Assembly: GCA_965223325.1 (NCBI GenBank)
Contig: CBDCWI010000002.1
Coordinates: forward strand, 2,592,001 to 2,656,000
Source of the DNA: Candidatus Multivoradales bacterium
GTDB lineage: Bacteria; Acidobacteriota; Thermoanaerobaculia; Multivoradales; Multivoraceae
DNA length: 64,000 bases
Direction: 5' to 3'
In this document: positions 17,843-29,541 of the stretch, piece after piece
Layout of the letters: each line of letters starts with the position of its first letter
Position numbering within the stretch: the stretch's first letter is position 1
Position numbers and translations under genes: made by a program
The notes under the pieces: model-generated
Seen by the model: only the letters and a program-made list of their open reading frames with translations
Database searches by the model: none
What the model was told of the DNA's origin: nothing

Positions 17843-19345
17843 TCAGAAGCCCCTCCGGGCCAGCGTTCGGCGATCGATACCGAGCAGCCTCGATGCAGCG
17901 CTCTTGTTGCCGTCGACCATCTTGAGTACGCGCCTGATGTGCCGACGTTGCACCGTATCCAGATCGAGTGCCTGCGGGCCCTCGGTCTCCGACCAGCCGG
18001 TCAACGACTGCAAGAGCTCGACCCCGATGCGTTCTTCTGCCAGCGAGGCGGCACCCTCGATCAGGTTCTGAAGCTCGCGGACGTTGCCTGGGAAGTCCTG
18101 GGCCATCAACATGTCGAGCGCCTCGGCGTCGATCGCCGGCACCGCAATGCCCTCGGCCTCACAGAAGCGCTCGAGCAGGTGACGGACCAGGTGAGGAATG
18201 TCTTCGCGGCGTTCACGCAGCGGCGCCAGCTCGACCTCGACGCCACGCAGCCGGTAGTAGAGGTCTTCACGGAAGCGGCCGCTTTCGAGCAGCTCACCCA
18301 ACGGCTGGTGAGTCGCCGAAACCACCCGCACGTCGACCGGCAAGGCGCTCGATCCACCGACGCGCACGATCTCGCGCTCTTGGAGCGTCCGCAGGAGCTT
18401 GACTTGCAGGCTGTGATCGAGGTCGCCGATCTCATCGAGAAACAACGTGCCTCCGTCGGCGAGTTCGAACTTGCCGGCGCGCGCATCGACACCCGTGGCA
18501 ACCCCGCGCTCGATGCCGAACAGCTCACTCTCGAGCAGGCCTTCGGGAAGCGCTGCACAGTTGACGGCCACCAACGGCCCAGAGCGCTCCGACCAGGCGT
18601 GCAGCAACTTGGCGATCAACTCCTTGCCGGTGCCGGACTCGCCACGCACGAGAACGTTTACGCCGCGAGGAGCGACGCGCTCGACGATCTCCAGCACCTG
18701 CCGCATGGGTGGAGCTTGCGCGACGATGCGCTGGCCGGCGACCTCGGGCGCAAACTGCTCACGCAAGGCACGGTTCTCGAGCTCCAGTCGTTCACTGCGC
18801 GTCTTGATCGTCGCCAGGTTGCGCAGGCCGTCGAGCGTCACGCCGGCCAGTGCTGCAACCGCCACCAGGAACCGGAGATCGGCCGGGCTGAAGGAGGCCC
18901 CCGCCTCGCCCTCGACATCTTCGGCGGACGCGCGCCGGGCTTCCTTGTCGAGAATCGCCAGGTAACCGAGATAGGTCCCACGGTAGGCGAGCGGCACGGC
19001 GAGCATGTGACGAAAGGCTCTCCCGGCGAGATCGCCAGCGCGCCGCTCCACGGCGCCGCCGCTCGACAGAAGCGCCTGCCAGACGGGGTCGTCGAGCAGT
19101 CGTTGCGCCGACGGCGGCGCACCCTGCCAGCCCACCAGCGAGGCCGAACGCGCCGCTCCGTAGCGGTCGCGCGTGACGATCGCCGCGGCTGCGGGGTCGA
19201 GTGCCGCACAAACGCGCTCGAGCAGGTCCTCGACCAGTTCCTCTTCGCCGCTATGCGAGTGCAGCGCCACCAGCAGGTCGTAGAGCGTCTCGAGACGCAG
19301 CTGACGCCGTTTTTCAGCGAGGGTCGTTGGGGTCAGTTCGCTCAT
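17843..19345 (-). CDS. sigma54-dependent enhancer-binding protein (GAF-AAA+-Fis HTH)
   Basis: GESGTGKE, ESELFG, GVATGV (GAFTGA variant), LFLDEIGD, FPGNVRELQN, GNKSAASRLLGI. Confidence 0.93.
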   Translation of the reverse strand: MSELTPTTLAEKRRQLRLETLYDLLVALHSHSGEEELVEDLLERVCAALDPAAAAIVTRDRYGAARSASLVGWQGAPPSAQRLLDDPVWQALLSSGGAVERRAGDLAGRAFRHMLAVPLAYRGTYLGYLAILDKEARRASAEDVEGEAGASFSPADLRFLVAVAALAGVTLDGLRNLATIKTRSERLELENRALREQFAPEVAGQRIVAQAPPMRQVLEIVERVAPRGVNVLVRGESGTGKELIAKLLHAWSERSGPLVAVNCAALPEGLLESELFGIERGVATGVDARAGKFELADGGTLFLDEIGDLDHSLQVKLLRTLQEREIVRVGGSSALPVDVRVVSATHQPLGELLESGRFREDLYYRLRGVEVELAPLRERREDIPHLVRHLLERFCEAEGIAVPAIDAEALDMLMAQDFPGNVRELQNLIEGAASLAEERIGVELLQSLTGWSETEGPQALDLDTVQRRHIRRVLKMVDGNKSAASRLLGIDRRTLARRGF

Positions 19346-19506
19346 GGTCGATCGGGCTGGGCCTGAGCCCTCAGGGAATGTGCCTGAGGGGCTGAGCCTC
19401 AGGGGAACAGAGGCGAGCCCGGCGTCTTCAGGCTACAACCTTTGGTGCCATTCGGCACATTCCGGCACCCTCCCACCGGCCCGCCCACGCTACGCTGGGT
19501 CCTCTC

Positions 19507-20231
19507 ATGGAAGTCGTCGTTCAGCCCGATCTCGGGACGGTCGCCGCCGCTGCCGCCGACCACATCGCGAAGGTCACGAGCGCGCGAAGCGGCTGCACGT
19601 TGGCACTTCCGACCGGTCGCACGGCGGTGCCGCTCTACCGAGAGCTCGAACGGCGCCACCAGAAGGCCCAGATCGACCTTTCCGGGACCCGCACCTTCAA
19701 CCTCGACGAGCTCATCCTGCCGACAGAGCACCCGGCCTCGTTTCATTCCTTCATGAAACGTCACGCCTGGGAGCGCATCGGGCTTCTCCCCGAACACTGC
19801 GACATCCCTTCGGGTACGGCACCGCCGGGCCTGGAGTGCGAGCGCTACGACCGCGCCCTCGCCGCAGCCAGCCCGCTCGACCTGGTCATCCTCGGCATCG
19901 GTGCCGATGGCCACATCGCCTACAACCTCCCCGGTCAGACCGCAGACGATACCCACATCGTCGAGCTGCCCAGCGCCCTCGCCGACACCCTCGGCTTCCC
20001 CGACGCCTATCGACCCCCGCGCGCCATCACCATGGGTCTGCGACCGATCCTGGCATCAACTCAAGTGCTCCTGCTGGCGGCCGGACCTGCCAAAGCGCAG
20101 GCGATTTCTCAGATCACGAGCGGCGGCTCGGCGGAGCGTTGGCCTGCCGCGCGGCTTGCCAGTCACCGGAACCTCATTCTGGTGCTCGACCCGGAAGCTG
20201 CGGCCGGAACGGCACCCACGGCCCGCAGCAG

Positions 20232-20235
<4 letters not shown>
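19507..20235 (+). CDS. nagB: glucosamine-6-phosphate deaminase
   Basis: LALPTGRT, FNLDE, LGIGADGHIAYNLPG, AITMG. Confidence 0.88.
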
Positions 20236-23045
<2,810 letters not shown>

Positions 23046-23093
23046 GCCCGCTACTCCCCCGCCGCCCGGGAGCTACGCAGCACCGGTGAGACT

Positions 23094-23603
23094 TCACGAT
23101 TCACGGCGACTCCTCCTCGCTAGCGTCTCTTCGACCTCACGGTCGAGCTCCCTTTCGCGCTCACTGGCGCGTTTGTCGTGGACCTTCTTGCCCTTGGCAA
23201 GCCCGATCTCGACCTTGATGTGATGACCTTTCAGGTAGATCTCGAGCGGCACGATGGTGACGCCTTTGGTTTGCAGCTGCCCCATCAGGCGATCGATCTC
23301 ACGCCGATGCAAAAGCAGCTTGCGCGGGCGCTCGGGGGCGTGGTTCTCGCGGTTGCCGTGGTCGTAGGCACCAACGTGGGCATTCATCAACCAGGCTTCG
23401 CCCTCGCGAACCTCGACGAAAGAGTCTTTCAGCTGTACCTTCCCGTCACGGATCGCTTTGACCTCGGTACCGCGCAGCACCAACCCGGCCTCGAAGGTGT
23501 CGAGAATGAGAAAGTCGAAGCGCGCCCGACGATTCTTGGCCAGCAGGCGCTTGCCGTCGTCGTTGGGCTTCTTCTTCTTGCGATTGGTCTTGCTTTTGGC
23601 CAT
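23094..23603 (-). CDS. smpB: SsrA-binding protein
   Basis: [38 protein letters not shown]. Confidence 0.97.
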   Translation of the reverse strand: MAKSKTNRKKKKPNDDGKRLLAKNRRARFDFLILDTFEAGLVLRGTEVKAIRDGKVQLKDSFVEVREGEAWLMNAHVGAYDHGNRENHAPERPRKLLLHRREIDRLMGQLQTKGVTIVPLEIYLKGHHIKVEIGLAKGKKVHDKRASERERELDREVEETLARRSRRES

Positions 23604-23941
23604 CGAGGCGGACGTTTCGTTCAAGAAAAGGCTTAGCTACCGCGAGCGTTGCCAGCCGAACCTCGACGGGCCAGCGCGGGAAAGGGCGCGAACCGAGCAC
23701 CGCAAGGTATTGCAGTGGACGAGAGCTTGCAACCGGGGATCAGCACCGGCAGTGTGGAGAGGCCGCAGCGGCCCATCCACAACACTCACATGGTTTGCTT
23801 GTTGTACAAACACCACACCAGTGCTGCATCAACGCTGCAAATCGACGACTGCAGCATCTTACGCCATATTTACGCCACTAGCAAACGCCACGCTGGCGGG
23901 GGTTATCTACGAATTGCCCCACAGGCATTCGTGAATTCGTG

Positions 23942-23957
23942 TGGCACGGACCATGCT
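23942..23957 (+). promoter_or_regulatory. sigma54 -24/-12 promoter upstream of lpxC
   Basis: TGGCACGGACCATGCT matches TGGCACG-N4-tTGC with exact spacing. Confidence 0.6.
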
Positions 23958-23970
23958 CAAGAGGGCTCCC

Positions 23971-24918
23971 ATGAGCGTGGACTCCTTCTTCTATCAGCGC
24001 ACCATCGCCCGCCCCGCTGCGATCTCTGGGGTAGGCATCCACACCGGCAAGACCATGCAGCTCAACCTGCTGCCGGCTCCGGTCAATACGGGAATCCGCT
24101 TCCGCCGCGTCGACGCCGGCGGAGTCGAGATACCCTCCGTCGCCTCCTCGGTGAGTTCACTCGAGCTCGCCACCAGCCTGGGGCGCGATGACGTCACCAT
24201 CTCGACGGTCGAGCATCTCCTGGCAGCGGTTCAGGTGATGGCAGTCGACAACCTGATCGTCGAGATCGACGGTCCCGAGATTCCGATTCTCGACGGCTCC
24301 TCACGGCCCTTCCTGTTTCTTCTAGAAGCCGCCGGAGTCGTCCAGCAGCCAGCTCTCAAGCGCATTCTCGCGGTCACCTCGCCAATCGAGGTCGTCCTCG
24401 ACGACAAGCGCATCGCAGCGTCGCCGTATCCGGGCCTGCGCCTCGACTACACCATCGACTTCGGCGAAGACACATCGATCGCCCGTCAGTCGATCTCGCT
24501 GACCGTCGATCGCCGCAGCTTCGAGCACGAGATCGCCGGCGCCCGCACCTTCGCCCTCGAGCGCGACGTCGACGCCATGCGCGCCGCCGGCCTGGGGCTG
24601 GGAGGAAACTCCGACAATTGCGTGGTCTACGGCGACCACGGCCCGATCAATACCGAACTGCGCTACCAGCGTGAGGCGGTGCGCCACAAGGCACTCGACG
24701 CGGTGGGCGACCTGGCACTCCTGGGGTGCCCGATCTGGGCTCACATCGAGGTGGAGAAGGGTGGCCACCTGCTGCACTTCAAGCTCATCGAAGAGCTCCA
24801 GGGTCGGCCGGAAGCCTGGACCTGGGTGCAGGCCGAACCGCTCACCGAGCGGCCACGACCCTGGGTCATGCCACACCCCTTCCTACCGGCAGGGCGTGGA
24901 AACGTACTCGAGGCCTAG
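23971..24918 (+). CDS. lpxC: UDP-3-O-acyl-N-acetylglucosamine deacetylase
   Basis: QRTI, GVGIHTG, STVEHLLAA, EIPILDGSS, ARTF, RHKALDAVGDL. Confidence 0.95.
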   Translation: MSVDSFFYQRTIARPAAISGVGIHTGKTMQLNLLPAPVNTGIRFRRVDAGGVEIPSVASSVSSLELATSLGRDDVTISTVEHLLAAVQVMAVDNLIVEIDGPEIPILDGSSRPFLFLLEAAGVVQQPALKRILAVTSPIEVVLDDKRIAASPYPGLRLDYTIDFGEDTSIARQSISLTVDRRSFEHEIAGARTFALERDVDAMRAAGLGLGGNSDNCVVYGDHGPINTELRYQREAVRHKALDAVGDLALLGCPIWAHIEVEKGGHLLHFKLIEELQGRPEAWTWVQAEPLTERPRPWVMPHPFLPAGRGNVLEA

Positions 24919-25004
24919 GAGCCAGCTCCCGGGAAGCTCAGAGCGCCGAAAAACCAGCGAACGGATGCCGGTCGGCAAGGGGCAATCTGTTCTAAGATTC
25001 CTCA

Positions 25005-25640
25005 ATGAGCACCTCGAACGGGCTTGGGCAGCCCGGCCTCGCCGCTCTGCGGCTCAGTCTGGTCGTTGGCCTTCTGGCCATCGCTCTGGTCGCCGGTTCG
25101 CCGATTCAAGGCGCCAGCGACCAGAAAGGGCCGCGACCCAGCATCACCGACGTGCTGGTGAGTCAAGACGGTCCCCAGGTATTGCTCAGCTTCCAGCTGC
25201 AGCACGCCTTCGACAACCAGATGTCAGAGCGCATTCAAAGCGGTCTGCCTAGCGGTTTCACGTACCACCTGCGGCTGGCACGGACGCGCCGCTGGTGGTT
25301 CGACCGCGGCATCGAGGGCAGCACGCTCGAGGTCTCTGCGATGTACAACGCGATCACTCGCGAGTACCTGGTGAACTACAAGCAAGACGGGCGGCTGCTC
25401 GAGAGCCGCGTACTCACCAACGAGGAGGAGCTGCGCGACGCAATGACAACGTTCTCGAACTGGCCGGCGTTTCAGCTCGAGACGGTACCGCGGGGTCGCA
25501 CCGTTGTTCGGCTGCGCGCCGAACTGGGATCGCGCACCATCCTGGCTTTCATCCCCACGACGATTCACACCGACTGGGCCGAGGTCGCCCTGCACGAAGA
25601 CGAGTCGTCTAACGACGCACTCCGGCGAGCGTCGGGCTGA
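25005..25640 (+). CDS. DUF4390 family exported protein
   Basis: Signal peptide, IQSGLP, RRWWFD, YNAITREY; usual position upstream of ntrY-like kinases. Confidence 0.8.
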   Translation: MSTSNGLGQPGLAALRLSLVVGLLAIALVAGSPIQGASDQKGPRPSITDVLVSQDGPQVLLSFQLQHAFDNQMSERIQSGLPSGFTYHLRLARTRRWWFDRGIEGSTLEVSAMYNAITREYLVNYKQDGRLLESRVLTNEEELRDAMTTFSNWPAFQLETVPRGRTVVRLRAELGSRTILAFIPTTIHTDWAEVALHEDESSNDALRRASG

Positions 25641-25733
25641 ATCGGAGCGTCGACCTCAGCCCGATGATGACCTCTTCCGGGCCACACGTGACCTCAGCAC
25701 CGATCGCGCGACGAAGAGCTGTGAAGAAGTGCC

Positions 25734-27917
25734 GTGAAGCTGTCTGACTCTGCCAACGCTCGACTGCGCGACAACCGTTGGCTGTTCGGAGTCCTGACCG
25801 CGGCGCTCGTGTTCTTCACGGTCGCCTACTACCTGGTGCTGCGCTCGCGCGATCTCGATCCGGCTCTGGTCAACAACAAGATTCTGCTGTTCACGCTGCG
25901 CAACGTGAACACCGTCTTGGTGCTTACGATCCTTTTCGTTCTGCTGCGCAATCTGTTCAAGCTGTGGGTCGAACGGCGCAGTCGGCGGCTGGGCTCGCGC
26001 TTCAAGACCAAACTGGTCGCCACATTCATCGGCTTGACCCTGATTCCCGTCTTGCTGCTGTTTGCCTACGCCAGCGAGCTGATGCAGGGGTCGATGGACA
26101 GCTTGTTCAGAACTCCTACAGAGCAGCTCCTAGGGCCCGGCAACGACGTCGCTCAGGCAGTGACTTCCTTGATCCAGGATGCCAATCGCCGCGCCGCGCG
26201 CCGCACCCTGGGCAGCATTCGTGAAGTCGATCTCGAACGCGCCGAGACCCGGCCCGAGCTCGATCGTTCGCTGCAGCGCTTGTTGCGCAACGAGGAACGG
26301 CACCTCCTGGCCGTCTACGAAGACACCGAGTTCGTGCACGCGGTCGTCGACCCGCGAGCACCGGTCACCGATCTACCGGAGGCCCGTCGTGAGCTGTTGC
26401 TGACCTCTATTCGTGAGGGCGGTGCTTCGCGAATCGAGGAACTCCCAGGGCGTTCGGAGCGCCTCATTCTGTCGAGTGTCGCCGAACCGATCCGTGACGG
26501 GGCGTCGACCCTGGTGGTCGTCGCCGGCACGGTTCTCCCGGCGCAGCTCTCGAACAACACGGCGGAGCTGGTTGCGGCGTTCCAGAGCCGCCGCCAGCAG
26601 GAACTGCTCGAACCCGAGATCCGCACGACCTATCTGCTGCTCTTTCTTACGGTGACCCTGGTCATCTTGTTGACCTCGTCGTGGATGGGGCTCTACCTCG
26701 CTCGTCGCATCACGGTTCCGATTCAGGCGCTTTCAGAGGGAACCCGACGGGTGATGGGCGGCGATCTCGCCTACCGTGTCGAAGCACCAGCCGACGACGA
26801 GCTCGGAGTCCTGGTGGACTCCTTCAACCAGATGACCGCCGAGGTTGATCGCAACCGAGCACAGCTGGTCGAGTACAACCAGGAGCTGGCGGAAGAGCGC
26901 GCGCTGGTCGCAACGGTGCTCGAGAACGTCGCGGCAGGGGTCCTGTCGATCGACCCCGACGGCATCGTGCTGACCTGCAATCAAGCGGTCGTCGAGATGC
27001 TGGGCCTGCCCGAGGAGCGCATCGTCGACCGGCCACTGCGTGAGGTGTGGTCCGACCCAGAACGCGCCAACCTGTTGACGCTGTTCGATGAGGAACTGCG
27101 CCAGGAGGGGCGCGTGCGGCGCGAGATCAGCTTCACCCTCACCGGCGAAGCCAAGACGTTCGAGGCCACCAGCACCACGATGAAAGACGAAGACCAGAAC
27201 ATCATCGGCCATGTCGTAGTGCTCGAAGACCTTACCGACCTGATCGAGGCGCAGCGGCTCGCGACCTGGAACGAAGCCGCTCGCCGTATCGCCCACGAAA
27301 TCAAGAACCCGCTCACGCCGATCAAACTGTCGGCAGAGCGCCTGCTCAACAAGCAGCGCAAGAGCGACCCGCAGCTCGGTGAAGCGATCGAAGAGGCAGC
27401 GGCGATCATCGGCAAGGAGGTCGCCTCGATGAAGGCGATGGTCGACGAGTTCGCACGCTTTGCGCGCATGCCGCCGACCCAGATGCGCGAGACCGATCTC
27501 GAGGAACTGATCGAGAACACGGTCAGTCTCTATCGCGACATCAAACCCGGAGTCGAGATCAGCGCCCACACTGCCGGCAACGTCTCCGACGCGTCGTGCG
27601 ACCGCGAGCAGATGCGCAGTGCGCTGGTCAATCTGATCGACAACGCGGTCTCCGCAACCGACGCTCCGGGTACCATCGAGGTGAGCGCCGAGCGCGACAA
27701 CGGCCTGGTTCGCATTCAGGTGGCAGACTCGGGTCACGGTGTTCCGACGGGGGCCCGCGACAAGCTCTTCAGGCCCTACTTCTCGACCAAGGGTCGAGGC
27801 ACGGGGCTTGGCCTTGCGATCGTCAACCGCATCGTCGCTGACCATCAGGGAACCCTGAAGGTCGAGGACAACGACCCGCGTGGGGCCGTGTTCACGATTG
27901 AGATTCCGCAGACCTGA
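25734..27917 (+). CDS. ntrY: NtrY-like sensor histidine kinase (HAMP, PAS)
   Basis: GSRFKTKLV, HAMP DELGVLVDSFNQM, WNEAARRIAHEIKNPLTPIKLSAERL, GTGLGLAIV. Confidence 0.9.
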   Translation: MKLSDSANARLRDNRWLFGVLTAALVFFTVAYYLVLRSRDLDPALVNNKILLFTLRNVNTVLVLTILFVLLRNLFKLWVERRSRRLGSRFKTKLVATFIGLTLIPVLLLFAYASELMQGSMDSLFRTPTEQLLGPGNDVAQAVTSLIQDANRRAARRTLGSIREVDLERAETRPELDRSLQRLLRNEERHLLAVYEDTEFVHAVVDPRAPVTDLPEARRELLLTSIREGGASRIEELPGRSERLILSSVAEPIRDGASTLVVVAGTVLPAQLSNNTAELVAAFQSRRQQELLEPEIRTTYLLLFLTVTLVILLTSSWMGLYLARRITVPIQALSEGTRRVMGGDLAYRVEAPADDELGVLVDSFNQMTAEVDRNRAQLVEYNQELAEERALVATVLENVAAGVLSIDPDGIVLTCNQAVVEMLGLPEERIVDRPLREVWSDPERANLLTLFDEELRQEGRVRREISFTLTGEAKTFEATSTTMKDEDQNIIGHVVVLEDLTDLIEAQRLATWNEAARRIAHEIKNPLTPIKLSAERLLNKQRKSDPQLGEAIEEAAAIIGKEVASMKAMVDEFARFARMPPTQMRETDLEELIENTVSLYRDIKPGVEISAHTAGNVSDASCDREQMRSALVNLIDNAVSATDAPGTIEVSAERDNGLVRIQVADSGHGVPTGARDKLFRPYFSTKGRGTGLGLAIVNRIVADHQGTLKVEDNDPRGAVFTIEIPQT

Positions 27918-27937
27918 GCGAAGGGTCAACAGCCACG

Positions 27938-29317
27938 ATGCGAGAGAACATCCTCATCGTCGACGACGAGGAGGGCATTCGGGCGACGCTCGGCGGCATC
28001 CTCGAAGACGAGGGTTACCGTGTCCAGCTGGCCGAGAACGCCACCGTCGGCAAAGACGCGCTCGAGCGACAGTCGTTCGACCTGGCGATCTTCGACATCT
28101 GGCTGCCCGACCTCGACGGCCTCGATCTCCTGGCCGAGGTCATCGAGACGGGTTTCGATCGGCCGGTGATCATGATCTCTGGCCACGGCAACATCGACAT
28201 GGCGGTCAAAGCCATCCGCCTCGGCGCCTACGACTTTCTCGAGAAGCCGCTTTCGCTGTCACGCGTCGTGCTGACGGTTCAGAACGCGCTCGAGCGCGGG
28301 CAGATGGCGCGCAAGCTCGAGAGTCTCTCGGCACGTCTGGAAGAAGAAGAAGAGACGCTGATCGGCGAAAGCGAGTCGATGTCGGAGCTCAAGAAGCAGC
28401 TCGAGGTCGCAGCGCTCTCTGACAGCCGGATTCTGATTACCGGCGAGAACGGAACCGGCAAGGAGCTGGTAGCACGTCAGGTGCACGAGCTTTCGCCACG
28501 CAAGTCGAAGCCCTTCGTGGACGTCAACTGCGCAGCGATCCCCGAAGAACTGATCGAGAGCGAGCTGTTCGGTCATGTGCGCGGTGCCTTCACCGGCGCC
28601 ACTGACAACCGCGTCGGCCGCTTTCAGCAGGCTGACGGCGGCACGCTCTTCCTCGACGAGATCGGCGACATGTCTCTGAAGACCCAGGCCAAGGTGCTCC
28701 GAGTCCTGCAGGAGCAGCGCTTCGAGCCCGTCGGTTCGACCGTCACGCAACAGGTGGATGTGCGCGTCGTTGCGGCGACCAACAAAGACCTCGAAGCGGA
28801 GATCCAGGAGAATCGCTTCCGCGAAGACCTCTACTTCCGGCTAGCGGTCATTCCACTCCATGTGCCGCCGCTGCGCGAACGGCGCGAAGACATTGCGGTC
28901 CTCTTGCAACACTTCCTCGATCTGTTTGCCGCCGAGGTGCGCAGGCCGTCGAAGCGACCGTCGGCGCCGGCGCTCGAGCGCTTGTACGACTACGGTTGGC
29001 CAGGCAACGTTCGCGAGCTGCGCAACCTGGCCGAGCGACTCCTGATCATGAGCCCTGGCGAGACGATCGAAACAAGTGACCTACCAGTCGCGATTCGAGG
29101 CGATACTCCCACGGACCGCATTCGCCAGCTGAGTTCGCTCGACTTCGAGAGCCTGAAGGAAGCGCGCGACCACTTCGAGAAGTGGTTCGTGGAGCAGAAG
29201 CTGGAGCAGTGCGAGGGCAACGTGAGCCGTACCGCGGAGGCGTTGGGCATTGAACGCAGCAATCTCTATCGAAAGATGAAAACACTCGGAATCGAGTCGC
29301 CACGCACCAAAGAGTAG
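27938..29317 (+). CDS. ntrX: NtrX-like sigma54-interacting response regulator
   Basis: ILIVDDE, DIWLPD, MISGHGNI, GENGTGKE, intact GAFTGA, Fis HTH. Confidence 0.92.
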   Translation: MRENILIVDDEEGIRATLGGILEDEGYRVQLAENATVGKDALERQSFDLAIFDIWLPDLDGLDLLAEVIETGFDRPVIMISGHGNIDMAVKAIRLGAYDFLEKPLSLSRVVLTVQNALERGQMARKLESLSARLEEEEETLIGESESMSELKKQLEVAALSDSRILITGENGTGKELVARQVHELSPRKSKPFVDVNCAAIPEELIESELFGHVRGAFTGATDNRVGRFQQADGGTLFLDEIGDMSLKTQAKVLRVLQEQRFEPVGSTVTQQVDVRVVAATNKDLEAEIQENRFREDLYFRLAVIPLHVPPLRERREDIAVLLQHFLDLFAAEVRRPSKRPSAPALERLYDYGWPGNVRELRNLAERLLIMSPGETIETSDLPVAIRGDTPTDRIRQLSSLDFESLKEARDHFEKWFVEQKLEQCEGNVSRTAEALGIERSNLYRKMKTLGIESPRTKE

Positions 29318-29541
29318 CTCGCTCTCCATTCTTTGACGTTCTCCGGTTGTGCTGGTGTTTGTTTGAGATCTGGTGGTGGTGCCGCGGGTGAGAACACGCG
29401 GGCCGCGGCCGTCGAGAGAGCCCTGGATCGTCGCCCACGTGCCCTTGCCCGCTCTCGCACTTCAACAAACGCAATCGGCCCTTCGTTGCTTCCCGAGAGG
29501 TCACCTGGCTGGGTGGTCGACAGCGCTCGTAGGGCCATCCT

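Noticed and set aside
17681-19366. 561-aa plus-strand ORF and similar long antisense ORFs (19344-21062, 21876-23123, 26733-27929)
   Set aside because: Shadow frames opposite well-supported genes in high-GC DNA, with no recognisable motifs.
23625-23940. tmRNA (ssrA) or NrdR boxes next to smpB
   Set aside because: No tRNA-Ala-like ends or tag ORF; the ACAC-rich stretches match the NrdR consensus poorly.
29345-29475. Possible hairpin GTTTGTTTGAG...TTCAACAAAC between ntrX and the kinase
   Set aside because: Pairing is short and imperfect and cannot be distinguished from chance.
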